Assembly (NCBI GenBank): GCA_030390025.1
Contig: CM059436.1
Coordinates: 55,614,001 to 55,678,000 of the forward strand
Origin: Squalus acanthias
Lineage: Eukaryota
Direction of reading: 5' to 3'
Length of the DNA stretch: 64,000 nucleotides
How positions within the stretch are numbered: the stretch's first letter is position 1; each line of letters begins with the position of its first letter. The notes beneath the pieces were generated by a model, which was given only the letters and a program-made list of their open reading frames with translations, was not told the DNA's origin and did no database searches. This document shows positions 49,453 to 62,454 of this stretch, piece after piece. The translations under genes were made by a program, and so were the position numbers.

Positions 49453-51828
49453 TGGCTTTACAATGCGTCACTGATCTCCACCAAGCTGATCTGCAGCAGA
49501 GTGGTAGGATTGATGTTTCTGATGGCCCAGGAGAGGGATGATGACAAAAGGGGACATGGAATTGGGAACTCTACTCAAATCGATTCCATTTCTCACCCGT
49601 TGCCCTCTCAGTCAGTACCCGACATGCTCTCTCATCTCCCGATGGCCGAGTCTGGCCCTGCACAGGTGCAGGTGGAGCAGTCCTTGATCGGACCCTCAGG
49701 GGCTCCAAAACCCAGATGTCATAGGCCAAAAACATCTCAGCAGTCAGGGCTGGGATCTGAGCAGCCTGCCTCTACCTCTGCTGAAGCCACGCAGGATGCA
49801 CCATGTAGAAGCGGTAGCAAGTGTAAGTTGAAGAAATTGTAGTTCATCAAGGGTATGCACAGGGGGGTTTAACAAAATGTTATGTTGTTAAGTTTCCTTT
49901 TTTTTTATAAGGCCACATAAAATTTATTGATTAGCACCACTTCCACGTCTTGCCCATTATTGCATCCCGAGTGTCAACTCGCCCTTTCACTTGTTTCATG
50001 ATGAATGGAAAAAAAAATGATAACTGTCAATACATGACGGGACCCATTGGGCGGATGTGCAGTGGGTGGATGAGTGGTTGAAGGACTGTTTAGTGCAGAG
50101 GTGGGAGGGGGGTGCGGGGGTGGTGGTCCTGGTGGTGGGAGCGGACCGCAGGATTTCATTCTTAAGTTTTACACTAGGTGAACCTTTGTGATATTAGGGC
50201 AGCCCTGGCATCCCGGGCAGCAATGTAAGTGGCCGGTCTGGCGATGGATGCTCCATCTTCATCTTCCTCCTTGACTATGTTCTCCTCATCTGAAGATGAG
50301 TGATGAGCCCCTTCATCCTCATATAACCTGCAATCCTCTCTGTTGCGCAATGTTGTGCAGGACGCAGCTCACCACTGTCAAGCTAGAGAACCTCGCTGGC
50401 GAGTACTAAAGGGCGGCTCCAGATCTATCTAGGCACCTGAAGCGCATCTTCAACATTCCAATGGCTTTCTTGATAGCACACCTGGTGGTCATGTGGCTCT
50501 CCTGGTAGCACGCCTGTGCCTCATTGGTGAGGTTTCTCACGGGTGTCATGAGCCAAGTTTGAAGGGGGTATCTCTCATCTCCTACGAGCCAGCCATTAAG
50601 TTTGTTTCCTGGAACGAAAAGGTCTGGAATGTTGGATTGCTGCAGTATGAATGCATCACGACAGCTCCCTGGGAATCTGCCACACACCTGCAGGACCCTC
50701 TTCTTGTGGTTGCACACCAGCTGCGCATTGTTGGACAATTATCCCTTGCAGTTTATAAAAACTCCTGGTTGCTTTGGTAATGCTCGGATTGCCTCGTGTG
50801 TGCAGTCAATGGCACCCTGTACCTGTGGGAATCCAGCCAGAGAGGCGAATCCGAGCGGCTGCTCATTCTAGCTATTGTTATCACAAGGGAAATGGACGTA
50901 ATTGTTGGCCCTGGCAAACAATCCATCAGTGACCTGCCTTATGCATTTATATGCAGGTGACTGGGAGATCCTGGATATGTCTCTGGTAGCGCTCTGCAAG
51001 TATCTGGAGGCAAACATTTTGTGGGCGGTGGTCAATTTCACAGCTACTGGTAATGCATGGCCACCAGGTCCAGCAGGGAGTAGGTCTTCCTGTAGGAGGC
51101 TGCAGATGCCTGCCAGCATATGACGTGACAACCTCAACTTGCGGGAGCCTCTGTCTGTAAACCCTGTGATGTGGGTAGTGCCTCCTGCGACCTCGGCCTA
51201 TCTCCTGTGCACCTCTCTCCTGTGCACCTCCTTCTTGTGCACCTCCCTCCTGTTCACATGCTGATCCTACCACAGCATGTCATCGCTGCCTTGGATGGTG
51301 ATGGTCTTCCTCTTCTGATATGCTGTCAAACACATCCAACGCATCTCCCATCCTGATCTTGTCTCTTTAAAAGCCTCCAAGGTTGAAAAAAGCTGTATCC
51401 ATATAAGCAGTCTGCCAAACATTCGCCAGAGGGAACTGAAACACCAGCCGCAATACGTGAGCTTTTATTCAGATGGGGCAATCACAAGTTTAAATACCCA
51501 CCTGAACTGCTGCTCAAACTCGCCTCCGTTTCCCTGGTCAGTTTCCCGAGCCCTGGGAAACCCATGTTACTGAAGTAAAATTTGGAGCCAAGTTAAAAGC
51601 AATTTGAAAAGAGCTCATTAATGTCTCCTAAGGTTGTTGTTTGCACCATTAAGTACCCGGCCGTATGCAATAATTAAATCGCCAACTTCGGCGAGTACAT
51701 TTCTCGTCAGCATCCAAACGCATCTCTGTTAAACCCAGAAGTAGGCGCGTTGGAGCCGGGTTGCGCTCCCACTCTAAAAATCAAAACTTTTAACCCCACT
51801 TCCAACCTACCCGTTCTTGGGGGTTAAA
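49453..51828. mobile_element. Decayed two-gene PIF/Harbinger transposon
   Basis: Minus-strand transposase converging on a plus-strand low-complexity ORF end (to 49842). The terminus is near gggggttaaaa at 51828. Confidence 0.8.
50200..51300 (-). pseudogene. HARBI1-like DDE transposase
   Basis: GFPQVQGAIDCTH, FPGSCRDAFIL, WLVGDERYPLQTWLMTP, IGMLKMRFRCLDRSG, CVLHNIAQQRG, with stops and frameshifts. Confidence 0.92.
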
Positions 51829-52110
51829 AGGACAAGGGCAGCAGGCGCATGGGAACACCATCACCTCCAAGTTCCCCTCCAAGTCACACACCATCCTGAC
51901 TTAGAAGTATATCGCCAATCTTTCATAGTCGCTGGGTCAAAATCCTGGAACTCCCTCCCTAACAGCACTGTGGGAGTACCTTCACCACACGGACTGCAGC
52001 GGTTCAAGAAGGCGGCGCACCACCACCTTCTCAAGGGCAATTAGGGATGGGAAATAAATGCTGGCCTTGCCAGCGACGCTCACATCCCATAAACAAGTTT
52101 TAAAAAAAAA
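51829..52110 (+). mobile_element. LINE 3' end, same family as 47765-49107 in opposite orientation
   Basis: FIVAGSKSWNSLP...FKKAAHHHLLKG. It is the reverse complement of about 47785-48050. Confidence 0.9.
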
Positions 52111-53419
52111 TTCCCCCTCGTATGTCAAAAAGGGACGACAGTGGCAGAAAGAAGGTTTGCATCCTGAGGATAAAGCAACTTTAAAGAAAATTTCTTCAAA
52201 TATTCAATACGCTATTTTTAGTTCACTGTCATTTTTAGTATATATAGGTGAAAGCCAAGCTGAAATATTAGCCAATTTTTGCTAATTGTGGGTTACTTTG
52301 TGAAAATTTACGTGTAATGGGCTAATCTGTATAATTTTATGGAATGTAGTTTCACTGAGCTACTGCCTCTAACACAAAGTTGTATTTTATAAGTTCAAGT
52401 TCATATTCAGGTTCAGGTTCATGAAAATGTTAATTTCACATCAGTCAAATCTGACCTAAAGTATAAATTAACCCAAGTTACTTTATAGTGATGCCACTGT
52501 GCATGTGTGCCTTCCATTTATGTGTATGCGCGGGTGTGGGCAGCAGGGGGTTGCATGTTTGATCCCTGGAGACTTAATGGCGGGTATATACTGTATTTGG
52601 TTCCAGGTAGCATGACTGAGGATACCAATTTGCTTTTCCAATGAATTAGTGAGTGTGCATTTGATCCTTGGTCCAAATAAGGAATGCTCATACATCCCTG
52701 TCTATGTGCCTCGGGTATCTTGCACACTGACTTTGGTTTCTGAGGATGGTCCTTCACCTTTACAAATATACATCACTTTTGCATTCTCTAAAGCCAAAAC
52801 CAGAATATTTATTCTCTGCAAATGTCATTCATTCATGTGATATAGGAGTTTGGAGGGAATGATCATATATGAATTAATCCCTAAAGTTTTACACTTGTGA
52901 TGTAATTTTACCTTGAGCAGTAACAAAACTGTGCCCTTGCAAACAAGAGGCTAGTTGCACCAATGTCCTTAAGTGCCCTGGGCAATGGCAGTAAAGAAGG
53001 GTGAATTGAGCAGTTAAATCTGCAGCATTGCCCACATCCTGAGAACATATATATAAAAAATGTGTTTTTGATCCAGGATTGAGACAGGCTCTCCAGGGAG
53101 GTGTCACATTTTGACTGTAAAAACATGCTTGTCTACAGAGAAAAGCAGTTATAGATATCACAGGCTATAGAAGAAGTCAAACTCATAGCACGTGCAAGTG
53201 AATAACTGAGCAGAGGGGAACAACTGAAAGAAAGACTCCACAGCGACATGAGCTTAGGAAAGTTACTAAGGCAATGAGCAAGTTAAAGCACTATTTCTAT
53301 AATGAATGCTGTACCTTTCCCTACTAGTTTTTCCACAAAAGCAGCTAATACTGGACACCAAAAATATCCAAAGACTAAATGTGATGCTAAAATATGCTGT
53401 GGAATTAAAAAAAATACTT

Positions 53420-53610
53420 TTACAGGGGTTCCATGGAATTTTTAGCACACGGGAGGAGGGGCACACTTTCATATTATGAGTATTATATAGTATAATTTAG
53501 ATGGAGGGTCCGTGATTGCTAATTCACTTGAAAAGGGATCCTTCGGGGGTCCGTGATTACTAATCGATTTGAAAAGGGGTCCTTCAACCAAAAAAGTTTG
53601 AGAACCACTG
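53420..53610. mobile_element. hAT-like terminal fragment with a roughly 41-bp tandem duplication
   Basis: Ends aaaagtttgagaaccactg. The unit gggtccgtgatt.ctaat...ttgaaaaggg.tccttc is duplicated. Confidence 0.5.
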
Positions 53611-56600
53611 CCATAGGGCACCATCAGATCTGTCCAGGTACATAAAATGAGTCTTCATGGCTTGCTCTATCACAGTTCTTGTAGGCCCAAGAGCCTCATT
53701 ATGTTTGTTGTCCTCCTCTGTCCACAGATGCCGTACTGGAGCCATGAACCATGACTGCAGAGGCTATCCCTGATCACCCAGCAGCCATCCTGATACATGG
53801 CCTTAACTCATCAGAACTGGTAGGGTGGATTGATGGGTAACAACTTCCTGGGTAGCAGGCATTAACTTTAGGATAAGGTGGTTAACATACAGCTAGTGTG
53901 TGATGCCAATGAAATCAAATCCTTTCCTATTAATGAAAGTGAGGGGGCTGTTGCACGGGACTTTCAAGGTTACATGTGTGTGGCAATTGCTTTCTGCGTC
54001 TGTGGGAACCCCGTTAGACTATAGAATTAGACTGCTCCCTCTCTTTGTTTTGTGGCTTCCATTCAGGAGGTTATGAACTGTGAGGCCTGCCTGAATCGAG
54101 CATCAGTGACCTTCTTTATACACTGGTGAGCTGCTACTTGACTAATGGGACAAAGGTAGACAAACCTGTAGATGCCTAGAAAGACCCAGTGGCAAAAAAA
54201 TAAATCAAGGCAGCAGTCATTTTTACTGCTACAGATAACGCTGTGCTCCTCACTGAAGTGGATTGCAGATCTTCAGGTGCAGCTGGCATAACTTCCCAAT
54301 AGCCTTCAGGGGAAGCAGAAATGGAGGGGCTATCAATGCATTGGAAACAAATGTTTCCTGTGATGCCTCACTCTGTAATTCCTCCAATCTAGCCTCTTCC
54401 ATATCCTCATCCTTCATCTTTTCATAATGCAGGAAGAGAGAAATTCCCATATGGAATATTTTAAAATTTGCCCAGAGTCCATAGGTACAAAAATTAGTGT
54501 CCCAGTAAAGTTTGCCGAACAGGTAATTACTTCCACAACAATGGCCTCCTCTATACAGTATTTTTTGCCCATACTGCCACTTATGTAATGGTGTTAATTC
54601 CCATGGCCAAGTTAAGGGCACTGATTGGGGAAAATTGTGGGGCTTGCTTGGCCACACCCACACAGTCCCATTTACATGCAACAGGGCCGACGGAAATCGG
54701 AAATGGCATTTTTGACTGAGTAAAATTTTGGCGGCCACTTCTTTGGAGCTAGATTGTAGAGGTAAGCCACATAGCCCCATTTTTACCTATTTTAATGCCT
54801 CTAAACCACTAAAATTGGATGTTTTATTTAAAGGAAAATCACAGTCTCTGGATCTTACTTTGGCTTTAGTTTTCTCAAGCTTGCAGCAGACAAATAGCAC
54901 AGCTGGATATAAACAGAGGAATACTGCCTTCATACAAAACAGCACATCCATCTGTATTGCCCTGCACTAGAGTACAAGCACCAGTAGTTAAAATCAATAA
55001 TGAAGTTGTAGGCAATGCCCATTCTGTGCTTGGGCCCACTGTAAATGCAGTTTACCCAGTTACATTAGAACCCTTGCGTGCTGACCTCAATTATCATTTT
55101 CTTTTGATACTGTACATCTTTGTCAGTTCTGTACATCTGTGTCAGTTCTATGTGCCTTGTTTAATTCTGCTGAAGTGTGAACTTAACACAATAACAGGTT
55201 GGTTTAACATCTTTACCTTGGTGCCTGTCGTGATTCTGGGAGGCTCACCGCAGGTGTCATTCCAAGGTTGGTAGTGCTCACATTGCAGACCTTTTAAACC
55301 CTAGAATATGTGTGGAAGGAATGGCAGTGTAGGGACTTCTGATCACCACACTGACATCCTTTGTTGCCTAAAGACATGCAGGAAATCAACAACAGCTCTA
55401 GGTCCATACTTGTACTACCAAGATAGCAGAGTGAAACTCAAAGCTTCATGTTATAACACTTTTATATCAGTGAGGAGAGTCTGTGTGGAGTTAAACCCAG
55501 CACAGCTTGAAAAAGAAAACCTACTGTCTGCATCCTAAGGCAATGGTGATTTCCATTAGGTTTGCTAACTAATTCAGATTGAGGATTTGGAAAATTGAAA
55601 TGGTTATATTAGTTAGAGTTCAAAGGAAGCTTTCAGCATGGTCCTTAGCATTGCTGAAGCTGGTCTGAAGCAGTTGGGTGAAATTGTATGGATGCTCCAA
55701 GACACTCTCCCCTGTACACTCCAGTGAATGGATGGCTATATAAAAATTTGCAAACATGGCACCCTTATGGCAAAACACATGCCTCCATAGGACTGAATAC
55801 TCCCTTTACATTAGACTATAAGAGACTCAGGCAGGTAAGGGGAACCCAGGTGCAGTGCTGGAGGAGCCTCAGCCTTTGCCCTTGTCCAACAGGTCTGAGG
55901 TTCTTGCTGCCTGTGTGGATGAGGGAAAAGCCTGCAGGATGGATGAGCAAGCTGACCATGGCACCATGGTGCAGGAGGCCATTCAAGTTGGGGGAGTAAA
56001 AGGGAATGTAGTTGTGGAGGGGGATAGATACTGAGAGATCCGAAGGTTGTGCTGCCTGCCTGGTTAAAGACATCTCCTCGTGGCTGGAGAAGAACTTGGA
56101 GTGGGAGGGGAAGGATCCAGTTGTCGTGGTCCACATAGGAACCAACGGCATAGGTAGAACTAGGAATGAGGTTCTGCTGAGGGAGTTTGAGGAGCTAGGA
56201 TCCAAATTAAAAAGCAGAACTTCAAAGGTAATAATCTCTGCATTGTTACCTGAGCCACACGCAAATTGGCATAGGGACAAACAGATTGGAGGTTTAAATG
56301 CGTGGCTCAAAGAGTGGTGTTTCCATTCATGGAGCAATGGTACCAGTACTGGGGAAAGAGGGAGCTGTTCCGTTGGGACGGGCTCCACTTAAACCGGGCT
56401 GGGACCAGTGTCCTGGCGAACCGAATAACTAGGGCAGTAGACAGGGCTTTAAACTAATGAAAGGGGGGGAGGGGGGGGTTGGGAGGATTCAGGAAAGTGT
56501 AAATTTAAAAGCAGTGAGAGAAATGTCAAGGCTCTAGAGCAGAGTAGAGTTTGGGGTAAAAATAAGCAGAGTGGGTCAGGAATGTACAGAGAGAGTAACA

Positions 56601-57293
56601 AAGGTAATAAGGCATCAGTAACTAAGGTGACATCAGGGAAAAATAGAAATAAGTCAAAGCTAAAGGCACTATATCGGAATGCGCGAAGCATTCGCAACAA
56701 AATAGGTGAATTAGTAGCGCAGATAGAAATGAACAGGTTTGATCTAATAGCCATAACGGAGATGTGGTTGCAAAGTGGCCAAGGTTGGGAACTAACTATT
56801 CCAGGATACTTAACTTTTAGAAGGGATAGGCAAAATGGAAAAGGAGGAGGGGTAGCCTTGATAATAAAGGATGGGATAAAGACAGTAGAGAGAAAGGATC
56901 TTAGCTCTGAAAATCAAGAAGTAGAATCAGTTTGGGTGGAGCTAAGAAGCAGCAAGGGGCAGAAAACATTGGTGGGAGTTGTTTACAGGCCCCCAAACAG
57001 TAGGGCAGAGTATAAATCAGGAAATTAGAGGCGCATGTAACAAGGGTAATACAGTAATCATGGGGGACTTGAATCTACATATAGATTAGGCAAACCAAAT
57101 TTGCAGCAATAGTGTGGAGGATGAATTCATGGAATGTATGCAAGATAGCTTTCTAGATCAGTATGTTGAGGAACCAACTAGGGAACAGGCTATTTTAGAT
57201 CTAGTATTGTGCAACGAGAAAGGATTAATTAATAACCTTATAGTTAAGGGGCCTTTAGGAAAGAGTGACCATAATATGATAGAATTTTATATT

Positions 57294-58037
57294 GGGCCGA
57301 AAATTGATCCCGGGACGCGAGAGTACGCACTGCGTACTCTCGCGTATTCCCACTCCAATTGCCGGTTTTCTGCATGCCCTGCGCATGCGCTGAAAACCGG
57401 CAATTGCTCTTCTGAAAAGGGGGCGGGTCCTCGGTGCATCGCGTGCGCGCTACAGGCTGCGCGCACGCTGTGCACTTCATGCTTTGGACGCGCAGGTAAG
57501 TACGGAAGATTTTGGAAATGTAAAAAGGAGGAGTAAGACCCACTTTTAAGAAGGTAAGTAGTGAATTAAGTATTTTTTTGAATTTTTTTTAACAGGTATA
57601 TCTTTTTTAGAGACTTTAAAGACAGGTAAGTTTATTTTTATAACTTTTTAAAAGATTTTAAATTTTTTCAAAAATTTAATTTTTTATTTAAAATGGTTAA
57701 TTTAATTAACTATACTTATTTTATTAATGTGATGGTTTTTTTTTTAAATTTAATTGAGGTTTAGCTGTTATTTTGGGGGGGTGTAAGATTCATAGATTTC
57801 ACAGCCGTGCTTTGAAACTTATGAATGGAAGATGGTGTGCTGCCATTGGCTCTAACTGAGTCACGTGATCCCACAGCTCGCACAAATTCACTACGCCGCT
57901 GGGATACGCAAGCACTGCCCAGCTGATCTCTAGAACATGAAGTTCGTGCGAGCTGGATCTGAAAAAGCACAAGCGAGGTGAGAGATCGCGGGAAAGCCTT
58001 ACCCCCGTGGGAACAGAGCGAGATCAATTTCTGGGCC
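57294..58037. mobile_element. Harbinger-type MITE (744 bp)
   Basis: TIRs gggccgaaaattgatc and gatcaatttctgggcc. TSD ATT at 57291-57293 and 58038-58040. The CR1 frame rejoins across it. Confidence 0.9.
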
Positions 58038-58317
58038 ATTGAGTTTGAAAGTGATTTAGTTAAATCCGAAACTAGGGTCTTAAATCTAAACAAAGCAAAC
58101 TACGTAGGTATGAGGGGCGAGTTGGCTAAGGTAGATTGGGAAACTACATTAAAAGGTATGACGGTAGACAAGCAAGGGCTAGCATTTAAAGAATTAATGC
58201 ATGATTTACAACAAATATACGTTCCTTTAAGGCACAAAAACCCCACAGGAAAAGTGGTCCAACTGCGGCTAACAAGATAAGTTTAAGATAGTATTAGATC
58301 AAAGGAAAAGACTTCTA

Positions 58318-58945
58318 GGGGGCTAAATTCGGTTGATTTGCGCCTCCCGTTAGCACCCTAAGAGGGCGCAAATCAACTAGCGACACAGCGCGGCGCCGCT
58401 AACGCCTCCCGTGAAATTCATCGCTGTGCGCAGCGCCCTGCTTGCGTCTCGGCTGTAATATTGAGTGGCGCACCCTGACTTACCGCCGGACGCTATGTCC
58501 GCCGGGGTCAGGGGGGCCTACCTGCGGCTGGGGCGGCGTTAGTTAAAGGGGAGGTGGCGGGCGGCTATTTTTGTTGCTGGCCGCCTGCCAGCACCTGCCC
58601 CCGTTGCAGTCCCCGGCCCCCGTGAAGCCCCCCCGCGGGGTGCCGGCTGCTCTCCGTGAGCCCGCCACTCCTCTTGAGTGCCGGGCTCGTTTCCCGGCAC
58701 TCCCGATATCTGGTGGCCCAGCTGGGCGCCAGGACGTGCTGCACCAGGCCCCACCCCTTTAATAAGGGGAGGAAGGCCTGCAGTACTGCGGCGCGATGCA
58801 GCGCCCCAAGAGGAATGCAGGGCGCTTCCAGTAGCGCCCCTCCTCCCTCTCGGGGCACTACCTGGGAAAATCGGCTGCGGGGGCACTAACTTTTTCGGGG
58901 TTAGCGCCCCGGTGAAGGTAGCGCCCCCTTCCCAATTTTTGCCCC
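58318..58945. mobile_element. GC-rich Harbinger-type MITE (628 bp)
   Basis: Ends gggggctaaattcgg and cccaatttttgcccc. TSD CTA. Confidence 0.85.
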
Positions 58946-59208
58946 CTAATGTTGCCAAAAAGAGTAGTAAGCCTGAGGATTGGGAGGATTTTAGAATTCA
59001 GCAAAGGAGGACCAAGAAATTGAGAAAGAAAGGGAACATAGAATATGAGAGTAAACAAGTGAGATACATAAAAACAGACTGTAAAAGCTTCTATAGATAT
59101 GTAAAAAGGGAAAAATTAGCAAAAGTAAATGTGGGTCCCTTACAGGCTAAGACAGGAGAAATTATAATGCGGAATAAGGAAATGGCAGTGAAATTAAACA
59201 AATACTTT

Positions 59209-60690
59209 GGGGGCAATTTTCTGACGCTGGAGGAGCTGGGTTTGGAGTCAGGAAAGGCGGGAAAATTCGAATTACTGAGGTCGGGTCAGAAACCCGACTC
59301 CAACCCGCCTCCGTGGGAATTCGCCGGTGCCGGTTTTGGCGGTCGGGAAACGCTCCCGCCTCCAGCTGGCCATAGCGTTAATTAACTACTGCAAATGCTT
59401 GTTAAGGGCCTCTCTAATCCTATTTTGAGAGGCCCTCTTGAATTTAACATCATTTCGGCATGCTTCACGCAACTTCTGAACCACGCCATGTAAACCTGGT
59501 GGGTTGACTCGTGGGTGGCCTCCTCACTGCTGCAGGTCTAACAAGACCTCGTTCACTGCAGCAAGGCTTACTTGCAGGTGCCAGACCTTGGCTTTCAAAG
59601 GTCTCTGAGCACTTTTAGAAGGCCTTCCGAAGTCGGAGGTGCTATAGCTTGACTCCATCAACTGTGGGACCTCCTGGGAAGAACCTCGCCCCGTTTACAA
59701 TGAGCGCTTCCCCAGAGGAGGCATCTGCAAGCAGAATGGGAAACATTCATTTCTTTACACCTTGGACCTCAGATGAGGAGGAGGAGGAGGAGGAGGAGGA
59801 TGATCTGGAGGTGGAGCAGGAGGAGGAGCAGCAGGAGGAGGAGGAGGAGCAGGAGGAGGAGCAGCAGGAGGAGGAGGAGGAGCAGGAGGAGGTCAGAGTG
59901 CCGATATTTCGACCAGCGGCAGTGGCAGCACGCGAGCACATGGCTGCCAGGAATTAACTTATCATGGCCAGATTTGTATAGGTTGGCCAAGTTGGCACAT
60001 GTCCTTGGCTCCATGCCAGGACCTCATTGACAATGGACATGACTCTCTGGCCTCCTTTCAGTCAGGCCACCAACCTGACAACGCAAGTGTGGCGTTGCCC
60101 GTAATGTGGAGCTGCCTAAGGCTAAGTAACAGATGGCATAATGCCAACATTTTGGCATCAAATCATGTTAATGCTTTCCAACAGGGATGGCATTTCATCA
60201 ATACACAGAAACAGTCTCCCAATCTACACACAGATCTGGAGGTTATATCCCTTGCCAGCTGCACCCACACAGCCTTGGTTTCTTTGGCAGGCCTCTTCCT
60301 CCGAGATGAGTGGAAGAGGACCTCCATGCTAGTTCTCACCCCCTCAAACAACATTTGCAGCGCCTCATCTGAGAGCCTCGGGTAGGCCCTTGCCTTGGAA
60401 TTGGATATTCGTATCTCAAAAGATGTTGGAGGTGGTGCAGGAGACGCAGAAATGCTGTGGAATGAGCCAAGGGAGCAAGAAGCCATAAAATCAGACTGGA
60501 AAAGTGCTGTCAACAAAGGCGAGTTTCAGTCCCAAAACACTAATTGAGCAAGGGCATCCCACTCGTCTGAAATCAAGTGGCCAATCATGGGAAAATCTCA
60601 ATTTTTTAAAAACTATCAGTGGAGGCGAGTTTCTGACACACCCAAGCCGAAACCCGCCTCTATCTCGCCTCCAGTGAGAAAATCGCCCCC
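59209..60690. mobile_element. Harbinger deletion derivative (1482 bp) with a minus-strand Myb/SANT relic (about 60163-60400) and a plus-strand acidic transposase tail
   Basis: TIRs gggggcaattttct and agaaaatcgccccc. TSD TTT. Translation YPRLSDEALQMLFEGV...KAVWVQLARDI. Confidence 0.9.
59772..59891 (+). repeat. (GAG/CAG)n trinucleotide tract encoding poly-Glu
   Basis: Direct inspection. It reads DEEEEEEEEDDLEVEQEEEQQEEEE... Confidence 0.9.
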
Positions 60691-60750
60691 TTTGTGTCTG
60701 TTTAATGGAAGAAGACGCAAAAAATATCGTGGAAATAGTGGAGAACCAAG

Positions 60751-61205
60751 GGAAGAGCCCGGCACTCAAGAGAAGTGCCGGGCTCTTGGAGCGCAGCCGG
60801 CACTTCACGGTGGGGGGGCTTCACGGGGGCCGGGGACAGCAACGGGGGCAGGTGCTGGCAGGCGGCCAGCAACAAAAATGGCCGCCTGCCACCTCCCCTT
60901 TAAATTACGCCGCCCCGGCCGCACGTACGCCCCCCTGAACCCGTCGGACATAGCGTCTGGCGGTAAATCAGGGGGCGCGACTGAAGATCACGGCCGGGGC
61001 GCGAGCGGGGCGCTGCGCACGGCGATGACGTCATCGCCGGCGGCGCAGCGCCACAGGGCGCTACCGGCTGCCGCCGCCGCTAACCTCCCACTAAATTTTT
61101 CGGGAGGCGTGGGCGGCGCTGCGCCCGGGCGTTAGCTGCTTTACGCCCCATTAGCGCCCTCTTAAGGCGCTAACGGGAGGCGCAAGCAGCTGAATTTTTC
61201 CCCCC
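60751..61205. mobile_element. GC-rich Harbinger-type MITE with left end deleted, inverted relative of 58318-58945
   Basis: Flanked by AAG on both sides. Right end gaatttttcccccc. 60755-60965 matches the reverse complement of about 58480-58700. Confidence 0.8.
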
Positions 61206-62454
61206 AAGGGTCTAGCGAGAATGAGGAACTGAAAGAAATTAGTATTAGTAAAAAAGTAGTACTGGAGAAATTAATGGGACTAAAAGCCAATAAATCCCAT
61301 GGACCTGATGGCCTACATCCTAGGGTTTTGAAAGAGGTGTCTATAGAGATAGTGGATGCATTGGTGGTCATTTTCCAAAATTCCATAGATTGTAGAATGG
61401 TTCCCGCGGATTGGAAGGCAGCAAATGTAACCCCACTATTTAAGAAAGGAGGGAGAGAGCAAACGGGGAACTACAGACCAGTTAGCCTGACATCAGTAGG
61501 GAAAATGCTAGAATCTATTATTAAGGACATCATAATAAGGCACTTAGAAAATAATAATAGGATTGGGCAGAGTCAACACGGATTTATGAAAGGGAAATCA
61601 TGTATGACAAATTTGTTAGAGTTTTTTGAGGTTGTAACTAGCTGAATAGATAAGGGGGAACCAGTGGATGTGGTGTATTTGGATTTTCAGAAGGCATTCG
61701 ATAAGGTGCCACACAAGAGGGTATTAAACAAAATTAGGGCTTTTGGGATTGGGGGTAATATACTAGCATGGATTGAGGATTGGTTAATGGACAGAAAACA
61801 GAGAGTAGAAATAAACGGGTCATTTTTGGGTTGGCAGGCTGTAACTAGTGGGGTACCGCAGGATCAGTGCTTGGGCCTCAGCTATTCACAATCTACATCA
61901 ATGAGATGGATGAGGGGACTAAATGTAATATATCCAAGTTTGCTGATGATACAAAGCTAGGTGGGAATGTAAGTTGTGAGGAGGATGCAAAGAGGCTTCA
62001 AGGGGATATAGATAGGCTAAGTGAATGGGCAAGAACATGGCAAATTGAATATAATGTGGAGAAATGTGAAGTTATCCACTTTGGTAGGAAAAATAGAAAA
62101 GCAGAGTATTTTTTAAATGGTGAGAGATTGGGAAATGTTGGTGTTCAGAGGGACCTGGGTGTCCTTGTACATGAATCACTGAAAGTTAACTTGCAAGTAC
62201 AGCAAGCAATTAGGAAAGCAAATGGTATGTTGGCCTATATTACAAGAGGATTTGAGTATAAGAGTAAAGACGTCTTACTGCAATTATATAGGGCCCTGGT
62301 GAGATCACACCTGGAGTATTGTGCACAGTTTTGGTCTCCTTACCTAAGGAAGGATATACTTGCCATAGAAGGAGTGCAATGAAGTTTCACCAGACTGATT
62401 CATGGGATGGGGGGATTGTCCTATGAGGAGAGATTGAGTAGACTAGGCCTGGAC

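Larger units (their letters stand above)
55830..62450 (+). mobile_element. Near full-length CR1 LINE (ORF1 esterase, ORF2 APE plus RT), inactivated and split by four Harbinger-type insertions
   Basis: ORF1 VVVHIGTNGIG...DGLHLN. APE domain NARSIRNK, AITEMWL, GGGVAL, YRPP, IMGD, LDL, SDH. RT domain GPDGLHPRVLKE, NYRPVSLTS, QHGF, YLDFQKAFDKVPH, FADDTK. Confidence 0.95.

Noticed and set aside
49024-49842. 272-aa ORF, the longest in the track
   Set aside because: It is a chance fusion of antisense LINE, minisatellite and Harbinger low-complexity sequence.
58539-59385. Several overlapping 100-235 aa ORFs (also 60587-61135)
   Set aside because: These are stop-poor GC-rich MITE sequence running into CR1 ORF2, not genes.
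59649-60030. Poly-E, poly-R, poly-L and poly-S ORFs
   Set aside because: They are alternative frames of a GAG/CAG repeat inside a Harbinger derivative.
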